Assembly: GCA_021779665.1 (NCBI GenBank)
Contig: JAJYAG010000001.1
Coordinates: forward strand, 67,396-131,395
From: Bacteroidota bacterium
GTDB taxonomy: Bacteria > Bacteroidota > Bacteroidia > Bacteroidales > JAAUTT01
Reading direction: 5' to 3'
DNA length: 64,000 nt
Within the stretch, counting starts at the first letter, position 1, and each line of letters opens with the position of its first letter. Shown piece after piece: positions 18,732 to 29,417 of this stretch. The translations under genes and the position numbers were made by a program. A model generated the notes under the pieces. It saw nothing but the letters and a program-made list of their open reading frames with translations, made no database searches and had not been told where the DNA came from.

Positions 18732-20153
18732 TTATTTAAGTCTCATTAACCTGAATTCCCCTTCAATGAAGTGCATATCGGAGGTTTGACACTGATCGTG
18801 GTACCCTGGTTTATCTTCGTAAATTCTACCGGAGAAAGAACCTTCCATGATCTGGTTCGGACCTTTAAATTGAGTCAACGTTACAGTTGCACTTTCACTT
18901 ACTGCAACACGGTCACAAACTCCGTTCTTAACAGATCGGTTGTAGTAATCCAGTTCATAGCTGACTCCGGGCACAGGATCATATTCTAAAACTTCATCGC
19001 CGTTATTATTCAAACCAATCAAATGATGAGTGCCTTCGGAGGGGTTTTCAAGTTTCAGATTGAAAATTTTTGAGACAGCAGAACCGGTATAACTTGCAAC
19101 TATCTCGAGCATATTATTTTCGACGCCACACACTACAAGTGAAAAATTATTCGGATCGGGAGGAGTTGCAGTGCTAAATCCGTATTGGTAATATTCTACC
19201 GTTTTCCCGTCGACTTTGATGATTACAAAAAAATCGGATTCAACCACAGTTATGTTGGATGTAACCATAAACGACCAGTTACCACCCGTTTTGTTGCTTG
19301 CTTCAAGCTGAACTGTAACCGCAACAGGATTGCCTGAAGGTATTTTGGCGGGAGCCGTATACGTGGCAGCAAATCCCGATGGCTGCAAATTTCCGTTGGT
19401 GTTGCTCACAGGGGCAGCTACGCCGTTTAAAGTCCATTGTTTGGCTTTGAAGCCCATAAGGCGCTCTGTAGCCAGTGGTGTTAGCGGGGTAAGATCATCA
19501 GTTAATTTTACAATGGGCCGCAGCGGCACCAGTTCTTCGTCATCTTTTGAATCTCCTTTCGAGAAACCCCTGAGTTGAAGTGAAATGGACTGACCTTTCA
19601 TGACGATAGTTGAAACAGGATCCAGCGAAAAGTCGATAAAACGCCCGAGTGACCAGTCACTGAAGTGTGCAGTTTCCACGCTCACCGTATTTGCACTTTT
19701 GTCAACTGTACTTTTGAGCATGGCGTTCCAGCTGCCATCCACAGCCTGCGAAACAATCCAGAGAAAATCTTCCGGGGTTTGCTTCAGATCCGCATCCTGG
19801 TAGTGAAATACAATTTTTACAGGCTTGGAAAATGTAGTACCCTCGGGTAACAAACGGTAACCCATGCCAATTCCAAGAGGTGCATTGTTTGAAATGGGCT
19901 GGATTGAAATTTTTGTATCTCCCGTTAAAGCTCCAGCCGGAATATTTAAGGACAGATTACCATCGGCTGAGTTTAAGTTTCCTCCTGAGGAGCCAATGGT
20001 GGCTGATGAAACATTTCCGACAGGGATTCCGATTTCGGTAATCACCGGATCTTCATTCTGAGGAGGCTCCGGATCGTTAGTTTCGCACGAAACTGTGAAA
20101 ATCCCCAATAGCAAAATCAATGAAAAATGCTGAAAAGAATACAGGTTCTTCAT
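18732..20153 (-). CDS. hypothetical lipoprotein
   Basis: Signal peptide with lipobox (LLLGIFTVSCETND). 473 aa, no recognisable catalytic motifs. Confidence 0.55.
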   Translation of the reverse strand: MKNLYSFQHFSLILLLGIFTVSCETNDPEPPQNEDPVITEIGIPVGNVSSATIGSSGGNLNSADGNLSLNIPAGALTGDTKISIQPISNNAPLGIGMGYRLLPEGTTFSKPVKIVFHYQDADLKQTPEDFLWIVSQAVDGSWNAMLKSTVDKSANTVSVETAHFSDWSLGRFIDFSLDPVSTIVMKGQSISLQLRGFSKGDSKDDEELVPLRPIVKLTDDLTPLTPLATERLMGFKAKQWTLNGVAAPVSNTNGNLQPSGFAATYTAPAKIPSGNPVAVTVQLEASNKTGGNWSFMVTSNITVVESDFFVIIKVDGKTVEYYQYGFSTATPPDPNNFSLVVCGVENNMLEIVASYTGSAVSKIFNLKLENPSEGTHHLIGLNNNGDEVLEYDPVPGVSYELDYYNRSVKNGVCDRVAVSESATVTLTQFKGPNQIMEGSFSGRIYEDKPGYHDQCQTSDMHFIEGEFRLMRLK

Positions 20154-20449
20154 ATTATTATAGTTTTAGTTAACCAGATAATTGCTGAAACTGAAGCGGG
20201 CTTAATTCTGCCGGTATTCTAACTTTTAAACGCTAGGTTAAAAATGATTTTTATAACACTTAACAATGAAGGAATGTTCAGGATGAAAATTGGACAGATT
20301 GACCAAATCAACCAATTCTCAGGTAAATAGGAGAAATAAATATATTAATATTCAGAAATAATACATTCCGAATGGAACGAAGTGGAATGAGAAATCCCTT
20401 AGAGATCTACTTGATTTCTACATGCAATTATCCCGATTGTCATTGGATT

Positions 20450-21856
20450 TTAAAAAATGTAGCGGAACAATAAAAACAGAGATCCTGAAATAACCATGGT
20501 GCAAGGAATGGTTAATATCCAGGTCAGGAATATATTTTTAATAGTTTTGCGTCGCAGGTTTTTGATTCCGTTTGTCGCCACCATTGATCCGGCCACTCCC
20601 GACGAGAGAATTTGAGTTGTACTTACCGGCAGACCCAGGGTGCTTGAAAGACTGATTGTAGAAGCGGCAATAATATTAGCAGAAGATCCCTGAGCATAGC
20701 TTAACGGTTGAACACCAATTTTTTCGCCCACAGTAACAACAATGCGTTTCCAGCCAATCATGGTTCCTGTACCCAGAGCAACAGAAATCATTAAAATAAT
20801 CCATGTGGGTGCATAATCTGTATAGTTTTTAATTACATCCAAATTACTGTTCATTAATTTCTGGTCATCGTGAGAAATCACTTTTTTTATACCGGAATTT
20901 TCATTCAGAGCCTTAACTTCTTTCTGAAGACTCATCAAATTATCCCTCACAACCCAGCTTTCGGTTCCGTTTATTGCGGCATAATTTGATTTTCCTGACA
21001 AATGCGATTGAATAGTATCTATTTGTGAATGAATTACCAACAAAGAAGCTTTACTTCTGGCATCGAGGGGCTTGCTGTCCATGTGGTTAAAAACAGTTTC
21101 AACTGAATTTACCTGTGATAAAAGCTGTACAGGGTTATGATGATGATTTAATGCAAAATGAGCAGGAACCAGCGCTATCAGTATAATCATAATGATACCC
21201 ACGCCTTTTTGACCATCATTCTGGCCATGAGAAAAACTCAGATGTGTACTCGAAAGTATGATGAGCAGGCGGATCCAGAATGACGGCGCCTTTTTGGCAT
21301 GAGGTGCCCGGTAGAATTTTTTATATTTGACAGTACGTTTTAGGAATGCAACCATACCCCAGGCAAGCATAAACCCGGTTATGGGCGAAAGCAACAACCA
21401 GATGCAAACACTTTCAATTTTTCCCCAGTTTAAGGATACGGAAGCAATATCAGGTAAAAAGTTATAAGCAATGCCAACGCCAAAAATGGAGCCTAGCAGT
21501 GTATGTGAACTTGAACAGGGAATTCCAAAATACCAGGTGCTAAAGTTCCAGATTATAGAGGTTAAAAGAATAGCAATAATCAGAGCAATATTCTGCGATA
21601 CGGTTTGTGTCATCAAAATCTCATTGGGAATCAGCTTCATAATTCCCATGGCCACGATAGTCCCACCAAAGAAAACGCCCATAAAATTCATAATCCCTGC
21701 CCAGACAACAGCATGGGTAGGTTTCATGGATTTAGTATAAATTACAGTAACAATGGAGTTTGAGGTATCGTTAAAACCATTAATTAATTCAAATACACAG
21801 GCAATTGTTATACAGACGATCAATATTACCGTCATGCCAGTATCAAGGCCAAGCAT
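20450..21856 (-). CDS. inorganic phosphate transporter, PiT (PHO4) family
   Basis: Two repeat units with PiT signatures (GFNDTSNS ... SHGQNDGQKGVGII) separated by a long cytoplasmic loop. 468 aa. Confidence 0.8.
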   Translation of the reverse strand: MLGLDTGMTVILIVCITIACVFELINGFNDTSNSIVTVIYTKSMKPTHAVVWAGIMNFMGVFFGGTIVAMGIMKLIPNEILMTQTVSQNIALIIAILLTSIIWNFSTWYFGIPCSSSHTLLGSIFGVGIAYNFLPDIASVSLNWGKIESVCIWLLLSPITGFMLAWGMVAFLKRTVKYKKFYRAPHAKKAPSFWIRLLIILSSTHLSFSHGQNDGQKGVGIIMIILIALVPAHFALNHHHNPVQLLSQVNSVETVFNHMDSKPLDARSKASLLVIHSQIDTIQSHLSGKSNYAAINGTESWVVRDNLMSLQKEVKALNENSGIKKVISHDDQKLMNSNLDVIKNYTDYAPTWIILMISVALGTGTMIGWKRIVVTVGEKIGVQPLSYAQGSSANIIAASTISLSSTLGLPVSTTQILSSGVAGSMVATNGIKNLRRKTIKNIFLTWILTIPCTMVISGSLFLLFRYIF

Positions 21857-22052
21857 AGTATAAATATTAAATGATAAAAGTTAGCATTCACGAAAACTCA
21901 TGGGTTTTCAGAAAAACCCTGCCAAGATATATTTTATTTGAATCCCTTCTACAGCTTGATTAAAAATTGCCCTAATTTAATTTCAAGTTGGCCGCAAGCC
22001 CAATTGTTTTGGCTAAGTTGGTATTTTAAATGATTATAAAGTGACATTTCTG

Positions 22053-22775
22053 CTATTTACGCTTCAGTTCAAGCTGAAATACTTCATTCTTCTCCCAGGC
22101 ATCAGCTCCCGGCTGAATTTTTGGTTCGGGAATATTCTTGCGCTGTTCTCTTTTTTCGGCTGTTGACATTTCAAAAATGCTATCCCTCCTTTTCAGAATA
22201 GAATCGGCAAGTTGGCCGTCCTTTGTAAAGCCCATCATAAGTACCGGAATTCCCAGGGGCAATTCATGGTTCATATTGGTATGCCAGGTGTGAATTGTTT
22301 TTCCATAGGTTGAAACAATTTCTTCCATCAACTCCTTTTCAGCTGCATCGGGTAAGCCGGGAGCTATCAGCGTTCCCGATTTAACCTCATAAACATGGCT
22401 GTGCCAGAGTTTTTTCTCATCCTCAGGAAGTTTCTTAAACAGACGTTCCGAAATGATATACTCAATGCCCATAATTTTTGCATCCTTAGTATTTCCATCA
22501 TACATCACGCACTGGGTTAAATCTTCATTCAGCTTTGTGCAGTAATGGTGCGCTTCTGTTTGCATATTCATATTTCCGTTCGCGAAATGGAATCCATCAA
22601 GATATATTTCGAGTTGATTAACGGGAGTCTTATCCTGAAGCACAGCGGCTCCGGTTTCAAGAACTTTTGTTTTCCCGGTTTTTTCCGAACCAGGCGAAGA
22701 GACATTGGAAGGTTCTCTTTTTTGACCGCATGATATTAATGTTGCGAATGCAATGATGACAAATAACTTATTCAT
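22053..22775 (-). CDS. hypothetical lipoprotein (His-rich motifs HHYC, WHSHVYE, HTWHTNMNHE). Possibly DUF1264/OBAP-like, unverified.
   Basis: Signal peptide plus Cys (LISCGQK). 240 aa. Confidence 0.5.
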   Translation of the reverse strand: MNKLFVIIAFATLISCGQKREPSNVSSPGSEKTGKTKVLETGAAVLQDKTPVNQLEIYLDGFHFANGNMNMQTEAHHYCTKLNEDLTQCVMYDGNTKDAKIMGIEYIISERLFKKLPEDEKKLWHSHVYEVKSGTLIAPGLPDAAEKELMEEIVSTYGKTIHTWHTNMNHELPLGIPVLMMGFTKDGQLADSILKRRDSIFEMSTAEKREQRKNIPEPKIQPGADAWEKNEVFQLELKRK

Positions 22776-22871
22776 TTCCTTAACGTTTTAGAAGAAAACA
22801 GACGGAAACAAATTAAGTTTCAGCAACAAGTGCCTAAAAATCAAGAATATTAATTAAAGATCAACTTCTGA

Positions 22872-24278
22872 TCAAAAGCAACTTGAACCATCCCAGCAAT
22901 GGGTGCATAGTTTCTCTTTTGGTAAACCAATAGCAGTAACAAGATCGTCAAGTTTTTGAAATTTCAGACTTGTGAGATTCAGGTTTTTCCTGATTACTTC
23001 AACCATGGCCGCATGTTTGTCGGAGCTTTCGTTGGAATACTCATGCAGGTTGTTGTTTTCGGATCCTTCCAGCTCTTTGATGGCGCGCCGGGTAGCGAGA
23101 TCGAGATTGGAACGCGAGCGGCTGAAATTGAGATATTCACAGGGATAGATCAGCGGTGGACAAGCGATACGAACATGAACTTCACGGATATCTCCCAGAT
23201 AAAGTTGTTGTACGTTATCCTTCAGCTGAGTTCCGCGAACAATGGAATCGTCAAGGAAAACGCCCGATTTACCTTTAATTACTGATGGATTGGGAATAAG
23301 CTTCATTTTGGCAACAAGATCACGTGTTTCCTGCTTTTGCGGCATAAAGCTCCTGGGCCAGGTGGGAGTATATTTGGAGTAGGGCCTCTTTATAGGTATA
23401 CCGGTAGCATTGCTGTAACCGTAAGCATGGCCAATTCCAGAGTCGGGTATGCCGGCCACAAAATCAGCCTGAATGTTGTCGTTTTTAGCCAATGCTGCAC
23501 CGCAGTTATAACGGCTTTCGTCTACATTTATATTTTCGTAAAACGATGGAGGATAACCATAATAAACCCACAGGAAAGAACAAACCTGCATTTTCTCGTT
23601 AGGTTTTCTTAACTGGCGGTAGCCTTGGGGAGTAATTTCAATCACTTCGCCTGGACCTAAATAATATTCAGTTTCGAAATCAAGATTTGGAAAAGCACAG
23701 GTTTCGAAAGAAACAGCAAAGGCTCCATCCTTTTTACCAATAATAACAGGTGTACGTCCGAGTTTATCGCGAGCTGCAATAATGCCGTTTTCAGTCATAA
23801 TCAGCATGGAGCAGGATCCCTTTACATGGTCGTAAACATTGTTGATGCCACATGTAAAATCCTCACATTCGGCAATAAGCATCGCCACCAGTTCGGTGGG
23901 ATTAACAGAACCTTGGCTTGTTTCGGCAAATGTACGGCGCTGATCCATAAAACGCTTTTCGAGCTCATCGATGTTGTTGATTTTACTTACGGTAGCCACG
24001 GCAAAACGCCCCATGTGCGAAGTAACAACAATTGGCTGCGCCTCGTGGTCGCTTATTACTCCAATACCACAATTCCCCGAAAAACCCTGAATATCACCAT
24101 CGAATTTATTTCGGAAATAACCGTCCTCCAGACTATGAATGGCGCGCTGAAATCCTTTTTCTTTAGAAAAGAAAGCCATTCCCGCTCTTTTTGTTCCCAG
24201 ATGTGAATGGTAATCGGTTCCATAGAACACATCCATAACACAATCAACCTTCGAAATACTTCCGAAAAAACCACTCAT
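22872..24278 (-). CDS. amidophosphoribosyltransferase-like class II glutamine amidotransferase/PRTase (PurF-like)
   Basis: C-terminal PRPP-binding motif (VFLDDSIVRGTQ). N-terminal Ntn-amidotransferase-like region (HLGTKRAG..., GNCGIGV). Cys at position 13 after a short leader. 468 aa. Confidence 0.65.
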   Translation of the reverse strand: MSGFFGSISKVDCVMDVFYGTDYHSHLGTKRAGMAFFSKEKGFQRAIHSLEDGYFRNKFDGDIQGFSGNCGIGVISDHEAQPIVVTSHMGRFAVATVSKINNIDELEKRFMDQRRTFAETSQGSVNPTELVAMLIAECEDFTCGINNVYDHVKGSCSMLIMTENGIIAARDKLGRTPVIIGKKDGAFAVSFETCAFPNLDFETEYYLGPGEVIEITPQGYRQLRKPNEKMQVCSFLWVYYGYPPSFYENINVDESRYNCGAALAKNDNIQADFVAGIPDSGIGHAYGYSNATGIPIKRPYSKYTPTWPRSFMPQKQETRDLVAKMKLIPNPSVIKGKSGVFLDDSIVRGTQLKDNVQQLYLGDIREVHVRIACPPLIYPCEYLNFSRSRSNLDLATRRAIKELEGSENNNLHEYSNESSDKHAAMVEVIRKNLNLTSLKFQKLDDLVTAIGLPKEKLCTHCWDGSSCF

Positions 24279-24399
24279 AGTTGTAAATTTTTTAAAAAAC
24301 GTGGTAAATGTAAATGAAAAATTGAAGAAAGATTTTGATGTTAATAACTCTTCAAAGATTTTTCATTTAGGGAAGTATTCTAAATAATTCAGAAGTCTG

Positions 24400-24909
24400 T
24401 TACCAGTTATCTTCGGCTTTCTTAGGAACACTTTTTATATGTGTTACGAGAGAAGTTAATAATGCATTGATGGTAGTTTCGAATGAGGCTTCCGATTCTT
24501 TAAACTTTGGAATGGTACTACCGTCGGCATTATACCAGACTTTATAACGTGTTTCGGGTGTCTCGAAAGTCACACGGCAACGGCCTTCCTTCATTTCCAC
24601 ATTAAGGGTGTATTGAAGGGTATACCAATGGTCGAAATTATTGTCGCGTATTTTCCAGGCATTGTCTTTATAACCTGCAAATTTCACCTGGGTATTTGGG
24701 TTATCCACACGGATTCCGGTTTCGGGATATTTTATAAGAGAAGCATTCCAGCTTTTTACTTTTTCGTAAATTTTAGAAGCTGTAAAAGCAGGATCCAATA
24801 TTATCACTACTGGTGCAACTCCATCTTTTGTCAGATTAAACTTTGGGGTAGTTTGCGAAAATGCTAAAAATGGCAACGAAAGCAGAAATGCAATAAATAA
24901 CTTTTTCAT
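24400..24909 (-). CDS. hypothetical secreted protein
   Basis: Signal peptide MKKLFIAFLLSLPFLAFSQ. 169 aa. Confidence 0.5.
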   Translation of the reverse strand: MKKLFIAFLLSLPFLAFSQTTPKFNLTKDGVAPVVIILDPAFTASKIYEKVKSWNASLIKYPETGIRVDNPNTQVKFAGYKDNAWKIRDNNFDHWYTLQYTLNVEMKEGRCRVTFETPETRYKVWYNADGSTIPKFKESEASFETTINALLTSLVTHIKSVPKKAEDNW

Positions 24910-25006
24910 AGGAACAGAATTTGGTCGTAAACAGGGTTATAGCTGATTTAACGTCAAAGTTCCTGTATATGTTGTTTTTGCGATTGAAAAGTTCTGTCTA
25001 ACATTT

Positions 25007-26440
25007 TCAATAATGCTGCGATAAAAATCGCAACGCATTGCCACATTTGAATTTATAGATGATTTCTTCGGGTTCCGCTTTTTGAGTGAGTTTGTTTTTT
25101 TTGAGAAATCCTGCTGCATGAAGTAGCAGATTATCATCAAGATGCTGGATATCCTCCTGAGTCCAGTAACCCGGAATTGGATTCACAATGCCGTCGTAGT
25201 CACTGCCCAGACATGTCATATCCTACGGAGGAAGCCCAGCCTTATCGAGCACTTTTGCAATATGTTCCATCTGATTCCACACGAGTTTTGACCAGTTAAA
25301 AAGGATTTGGCGGGTGCGGAGCTTTCCTTTAAGTCCCCAGATTACAATATTTGAAGCAATGCGCCTTTCGTCAATCTGAATTCCAAACAGCCCGCCCGAT
25401 CGGGCAATTCTTACCAGCTCATCGTCGTAGAAGTTGATATCTCTTTTGTAGAACAAACCGGGAGCATCGGGAAAATTGGTTGATCCTGAGTCGTTTTTAA
25501 AGCCGTTCACTGCTCCATGACTTACAATAACCGGAATATTTTCCCTGCCATAATCGTTTTTAAGAATATCATAATACCGGTACCTGTTCTTTAAATTCAT
25601 GTGCTTAACATCTATCAGTACTCGCTTGGGATCCTTATCAAGCAACTTATGAATTACTTTCCCGCCTAAAGGGGTTATACCAAAATCAGTTCCGTAATCC
25701 TGGTCGATAAATTTCCGCAGAAACTTATCCATACTTATGGAGTGCCCACACAGTCCATTATAAAAATGATGGGCCAGGCTTATGAACAACGGCCGGTGTT
25801 CCCAGCTTTTTACCTTATCTATATTGGCAAGAATATTTGCATCAGAATCAGTGGGCCGCTTATTTTCGGCATCCCAGCCTGTAAAAAAGCTGTGGGCACC
25901 TTCTATGGTAATAACCACAAAAATTGTTTTATCGGCCAGCAAAGTGTGTTGCGACAGGTCGGCCGGGCTTTGCAATATCTTATAAGTAACATGCTTCTTT
26001 TTAACCCTCACAATCTTGCTTTGGTGCGAAATCAGGAAATCGTATTCATTACACAAGTCCTTAAAATAATCGCAGTTGGCCTGCAGATAGTTGATGCGGG
26101 GTTTTCCCAATCCGGTAACAAGGTCGAGAGCCAGATCGGAAAGGGTATTTCCAAGTTTGGTTTTGAAAAAACCCTGCTCCGGCGGGTACAGGCATACAAA
26201 CATAATCCCCGTCTCTCCTGTTACGGAAGATGTAAAATCACTCTGCCTGAACTTTGTAAGAGAAGCAATATTATTAATAAGTTTATCGGCTATGGTTGGC
26301 GGATCGTAGTTCCATAAACTGGTTTTGTTTCTTGGATTGGGTGACTGACCGCGGCTAGTACCATTGCGCCTGAACGACTTTCCATAAGGCTTCATTGTTG
26401 GGTGACAATGAATGTCGATAAATTGGTTATAAGGCAACAT
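25007..26440 (-). pseudogene. membrane dipeptidase (peptidase M19)-like gene interrupted by one in-frame TAG (25223..25225). The upstream part is 405 aa and the downstream part is 70 aa.
   Basis: ORFs 25223..26440 and 25007..25219 are in the same frame, separated only by TAG plus one codon (...KAGLPP*DMTCLGSDYDGI...). The downstream fragment carries the M19 C-terminal motifs (GSDYDG; CGNALRFL). The upstream part begins IDIHCHP. Confidence 0.6.
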
Positions 26441-26685
26441 TTTAAATTATAGGTTAGGTTTGTAAATATAGCAGAAGAATTGTCATATAAATGAAGTTGT
26501 TAATAAAAAAACAAATCGCTTAAGTAACTACATCGCAATTAACGGTTGGAGCGCATTTGCAGATTCGGCAAACTCATGACACCTGCTACCGGGCTTTCAA
26601 CATGAGAAGCTAATATCCTTTAAAATAGCATTTTAATAAGGAACTAAAAAATACAGGATATTTTCAAGATATTTATTTTTTTATT

Positions 26686-26693
26686 TACCTTTG
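26686..26693 (+). promoter_or_regulatory. putative -7 element (TAccTTTG) for the TetR gene
   Basis: Matches TAnnTTTG. About 28 nt upstream of the ATG at 26721. Confidence 0.3.
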
Positions 26694-26720
26694 ACCGTCC
26701 GTTCAATCAAAAACAAAATT

Positions 26721-27305
26721 ATGTCGCCACGCACCGAAGAACAATTTGAGCTGATAAGGCAGGAAAAACGGCAACTCATTATGGATACCGCCCTTGAACT
26801 GTTTGCAGCCAGCGGGTTCGAAAACACAACCATTACTCAGATAGCCAAAAAGGCCGGAATCTCGAAAGGTTTGTTATATAATTACTTTATAAGCAAGGAA
26901 GAACTTCTGGAAGCTATCCTGAATAAAGGAATAGATGACATGCTAGCGGGATTCGATCCCAACAAAGACGGAATCCTCGACAATATGGAAATGGAATTCT
27001 TCATCACCCAAACTTTCAGGATGATTAAAGAAAACCGTAAAATGTGGAAGCTTTACATTGCTATTTCTTTTCAGCCTTCGGTTTATAAAGTAATTGAAAA
27101 TCGAAGCAAAGAGCTTTACGAGCCAATGGTACGAATGATGAACAACTATTTTCAGGATAACAGGTTTGAAAATCCGCAGATCGAAACATTCATGTTTAGT
27201 GCATTGATGGATGGAATTGCAATGGATTATATTATGGCTCCCGATATTTATCCTGTCGACGATGTGGTTAAAGAGTTAATAAACAGATATTGTAAACAAA
27301 AATAA
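26721..27305 (+). CDS. TetR/AcrR family transcriptional regulator
   Basis: N-terminal HTH (TTITQIAKKAGISKGLLYNYF). ATG at 26721 is preferred over the TTG-initiated ORF-track start at 26691. Confidence 0.75.
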   Translation: MSPRTEEQFELIRQEKRQLIMDTALELFAASGFENTTITQIAKKAGISKGLLYNYFISKEELLEAILNKGIDDMLAGFDPNKDGILDNMEMEFFITQTFRMIKENRKMWKLYIAISFQPSVYKVIENRSKELYEPMVRMMNNYFQDNRFENPQIETFMFSALMDGIAMDYIMAPDIYPVDDVVKELINRYCKQK

Positions 27306-27311
27306 AATAAA

Positions 27312-28058
27312 ATGAACCGGATACACGCAATGATATGCCTGTTTCTTTTTCCTGCTGCAGTTTTTGCACAGGATGCAAAGGAAATAGTAAAGAAAGCCGA
27401 TGCCAAAATGAAAGGAGAACAATCCAGCATCAGCCAGATGACCATGAAAATTGTCCGTCCTACCTGGGAACGGACGGTAAGCTTTAAAAGCTGGAGCAAA
27501 GGAACCGATTATTCGATGGTACTGATCACCGCTCCTGCTAAGGAAAAAGGACAATCGTTTCTGAAATTCAAACGCGACATGTGGAGCTGGAATCCATCCA
27601 TAAACCGCATGATCAAGCTGCCGCCTTCCATGCTCTCGCAGGGCTGGATGGGTTCAGACTTTACAAACGACGATCTGCTGAACGAATCTTCAATTGTAGT
27701 TGACTATACCCATAAATTACTTGGAAAAGAAACGGTTTCGGGGAAGAATTGCTTTAAAATAGAACTGATTCCCAAGGAAAACGCACCTGTTGTCTGGGGT
27801 AAAATTATTCTTTGGATTTCGACCGATGAGTATTTACAACTGAAATCGGAATACTTTGATGAGGACAATTATTTAGTGAAAACCGAAATTGCCTCCGATA
27901 TCAAAACCATGAGCGGTAGAGTGATTCCTACGCGTTTTGAACTCATTCCTGCTGATAAAGATGGTAATAAAACCATTCTCATTATGGACCAGATCGAATT
28001 TAACAGCCCCCTTTCGGAGAGCTTTTTTACACAGCAAAATATGAAGAAGCTGAGATAA
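27312..28058 (+). CDS. outer-membrane lipoprotein-sorting (LolA-like) protein
   Basis: Signal peptide and about 248 aa. It precedes two FtsX-type permeases and an ABC ATPase, a typical gene neighbourhood. Confidence 0.7.
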   Translation: MNRIHAMICLFLFPAAVFAQDAKEIVKKADAKMKGEQSSISQMTMKIVRPTWERTVSFKSWSKGTDYSMVLITAPAKEKGQSFLKFKRDMWSWNPSINRMIKLPPSMLSQGWMGSDFTNDDLLNESSIVVDYTHKLLGKETVSGKNCFKIELIPKENAPVVWGKIILWISTDEYLQLKSEYFDEDNYLVKTEIASDIKTMSGRVIPTRFELIPADKDGNKTILIMDQIEFNSPLSESFFTQQNMKKLR

Positions 28059-28180
28059 GAGGAGCCTCACCCCCTGCCCCTCTCCAAATGGAGAGGGGAG
28101 AAGGAACGCGCAATGAGTTAAATAAGTGCTAAAAACGCTGTTTACTCAGTACTAAGTACTCATTACTAAATACTAAAAAC

Positions 28181-29398
28181 ATGAAAACATATAAAATGGC
28201 CTGGCGGAATTTGTGGCGCAATAAACGCCGGACCTTAATTACAGTGGCAGCGGTTGTATTTGCCGTCTTCCTGTCGACTTTTATGAGTTCGATGCAGGAA
28301 GGCACTTATTCCAAAATGATTGAAAATACGGTGAGCTTTTATTCAGGTTATATCCAGGTGCATCACCCCGGTTACTGGGCTTCGCGTTCCATCAACGATG
28401 TTTATGCTCCTGGTCCGGAGTTCTTTAAAAAAATTGATGAAACCCCGAATGTAACCTTGAGTTTTCCTCGTCTGGAGTCGTTTACGCTCCTGTCCACAGG
28501 CGAAAATACAAAAGCTGCTGCGCTTATTGGAATCGATCCTGTTAAAGAAAATAAAGTGACCAGACTTTCGCAATGGGTTGAAGCTGGAAAATACCTTGAA
28601 CCCGGCGATGATGGATTGCTGGTGGCGAAAAACATTGCCAAACAAATGAGCCTGAATGTTGGCGATACCATGGTACTGCTTAGCACCGGTTACCACGGGT
28701 CCACTTCTGCCGCATTGTTTCCCATAAAAGGCATTCTGAATTTTCCTTCGCCGCAAATGAACAACATTGGTGTATATGCTGATATTACCAAAGCTGGCGA
28801 GTTTTTTTCAACCGGAGATATGATTACCTCGACCGTAATAATGGTTGACGATTACACAAAACTGAATCATACCAAACAAGATATCGGAAAGAAACTGGGA
28901 AATGATTACAGTGTGATGACCTGGGACGAGATGCAGCCCGAAATTATGCAAATGATAGAACAGGACCGCGCCGGCGCTGTGATCATGAAAGCCATTATCT
29001 ACATTGTCATTGGGTTTGGTATCCTCGGAACCATCATTATGATGATGTCGGAACGCCGGAAAGAACTGGCTATTATGGTTGCCGTCGGCATGAAACGCGG
29101 AAAAATAATCAAAACGCTTTTTTTTGAAACATTGTACATCGGATTTTTAGGCATTGTGCTCGGTTTTCTCCTGAGTACGCCTATTATGTTGTGGTTGGTA
29201 CAGCATCCTATTCCTTTGCCCGACAGTATGGCCGAGGTATACGAAAAATTCGGGTTTGAGGCAAAATTGTTCTTTTCCTTGCATTATCCGGTTTTTATGA
29301 ATCAGATATGGACCGTTTTTGCCATTACCATTGGGGTTTTTCTATACCCTCTGGTGACCGTTGCCCGGTTTAAGCTTATTCAGACATTAAGGAGTTAG
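28181..29398 (+). CDS. ABC transporter permease, FtsX/MacB-like
   Basis: N-terminal TM, large periplasmic domain, C-terminal 3-TM FtsX region. 405 aa. Confidence 0.8.
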   Translation: MKTYKMAWRNLWRNKRRTLITVAAVVFAVFLSTFMSSMQEGTYSKMIENTVSFYSGYIQVHHPGYWASRSINDVYAPGPEFFKKIDETPNVTLSFPRLESFTLLSTGENTKAAALIGIDPVKENKVTRLSQWVEAGKYLEPGDDGLLVAKNIAKQMSLNVGDTMVLLSTGYHGSTSAALFPIKGILNFPSPQMNNIGVYADITKAGEFFSTGDMITSTVIMVDDYTKLNHTKQDIGKKLGNDYSVMTWDEMQPEIMQMIEQDRAGAVIMKAIIYIVIGFGILGTIIMMMSERRKELAIMVAVGMKRGKIIKTLFFETLYIGFLGIVLGFLLSTPIMLWLVQHPIPLPDSMAEVYEKFGFEAKLFFSLHYPVFMNQIWTVFAITIGVFLYPLVTVARFKLIQTLRS

Positions 29399-29417
29399 TT
29401 ATTTAAATATCACGATT

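Noticed and set aside
21895-21920. GGGTTTT-caga-AAAACCC hairpin in the pit 5' region as a phosphate-responsive element
   Set aside because: It is a short generic hairpin with no resemblance to a Pho box, and nothing supports a specific regulatory role.
24937-25140. 67-aa ORF overlapping the M19 C-terminal fragment
   Set aside because: It is in a different frame from the M19-motif-bearing ORF and has no motifs. Shadow ORF.
25220-25225. Possible genetic-code reassignment of TAG explaining the in-frame stop in the M19 gene
   Set aside because: TAG is used as the terminal stop by other well-supported genes in the window (the ABC ATPase at 7382..7384, flotillin at 56797..56799). A point nonsense mutation or sequencing error is more parsimonious.
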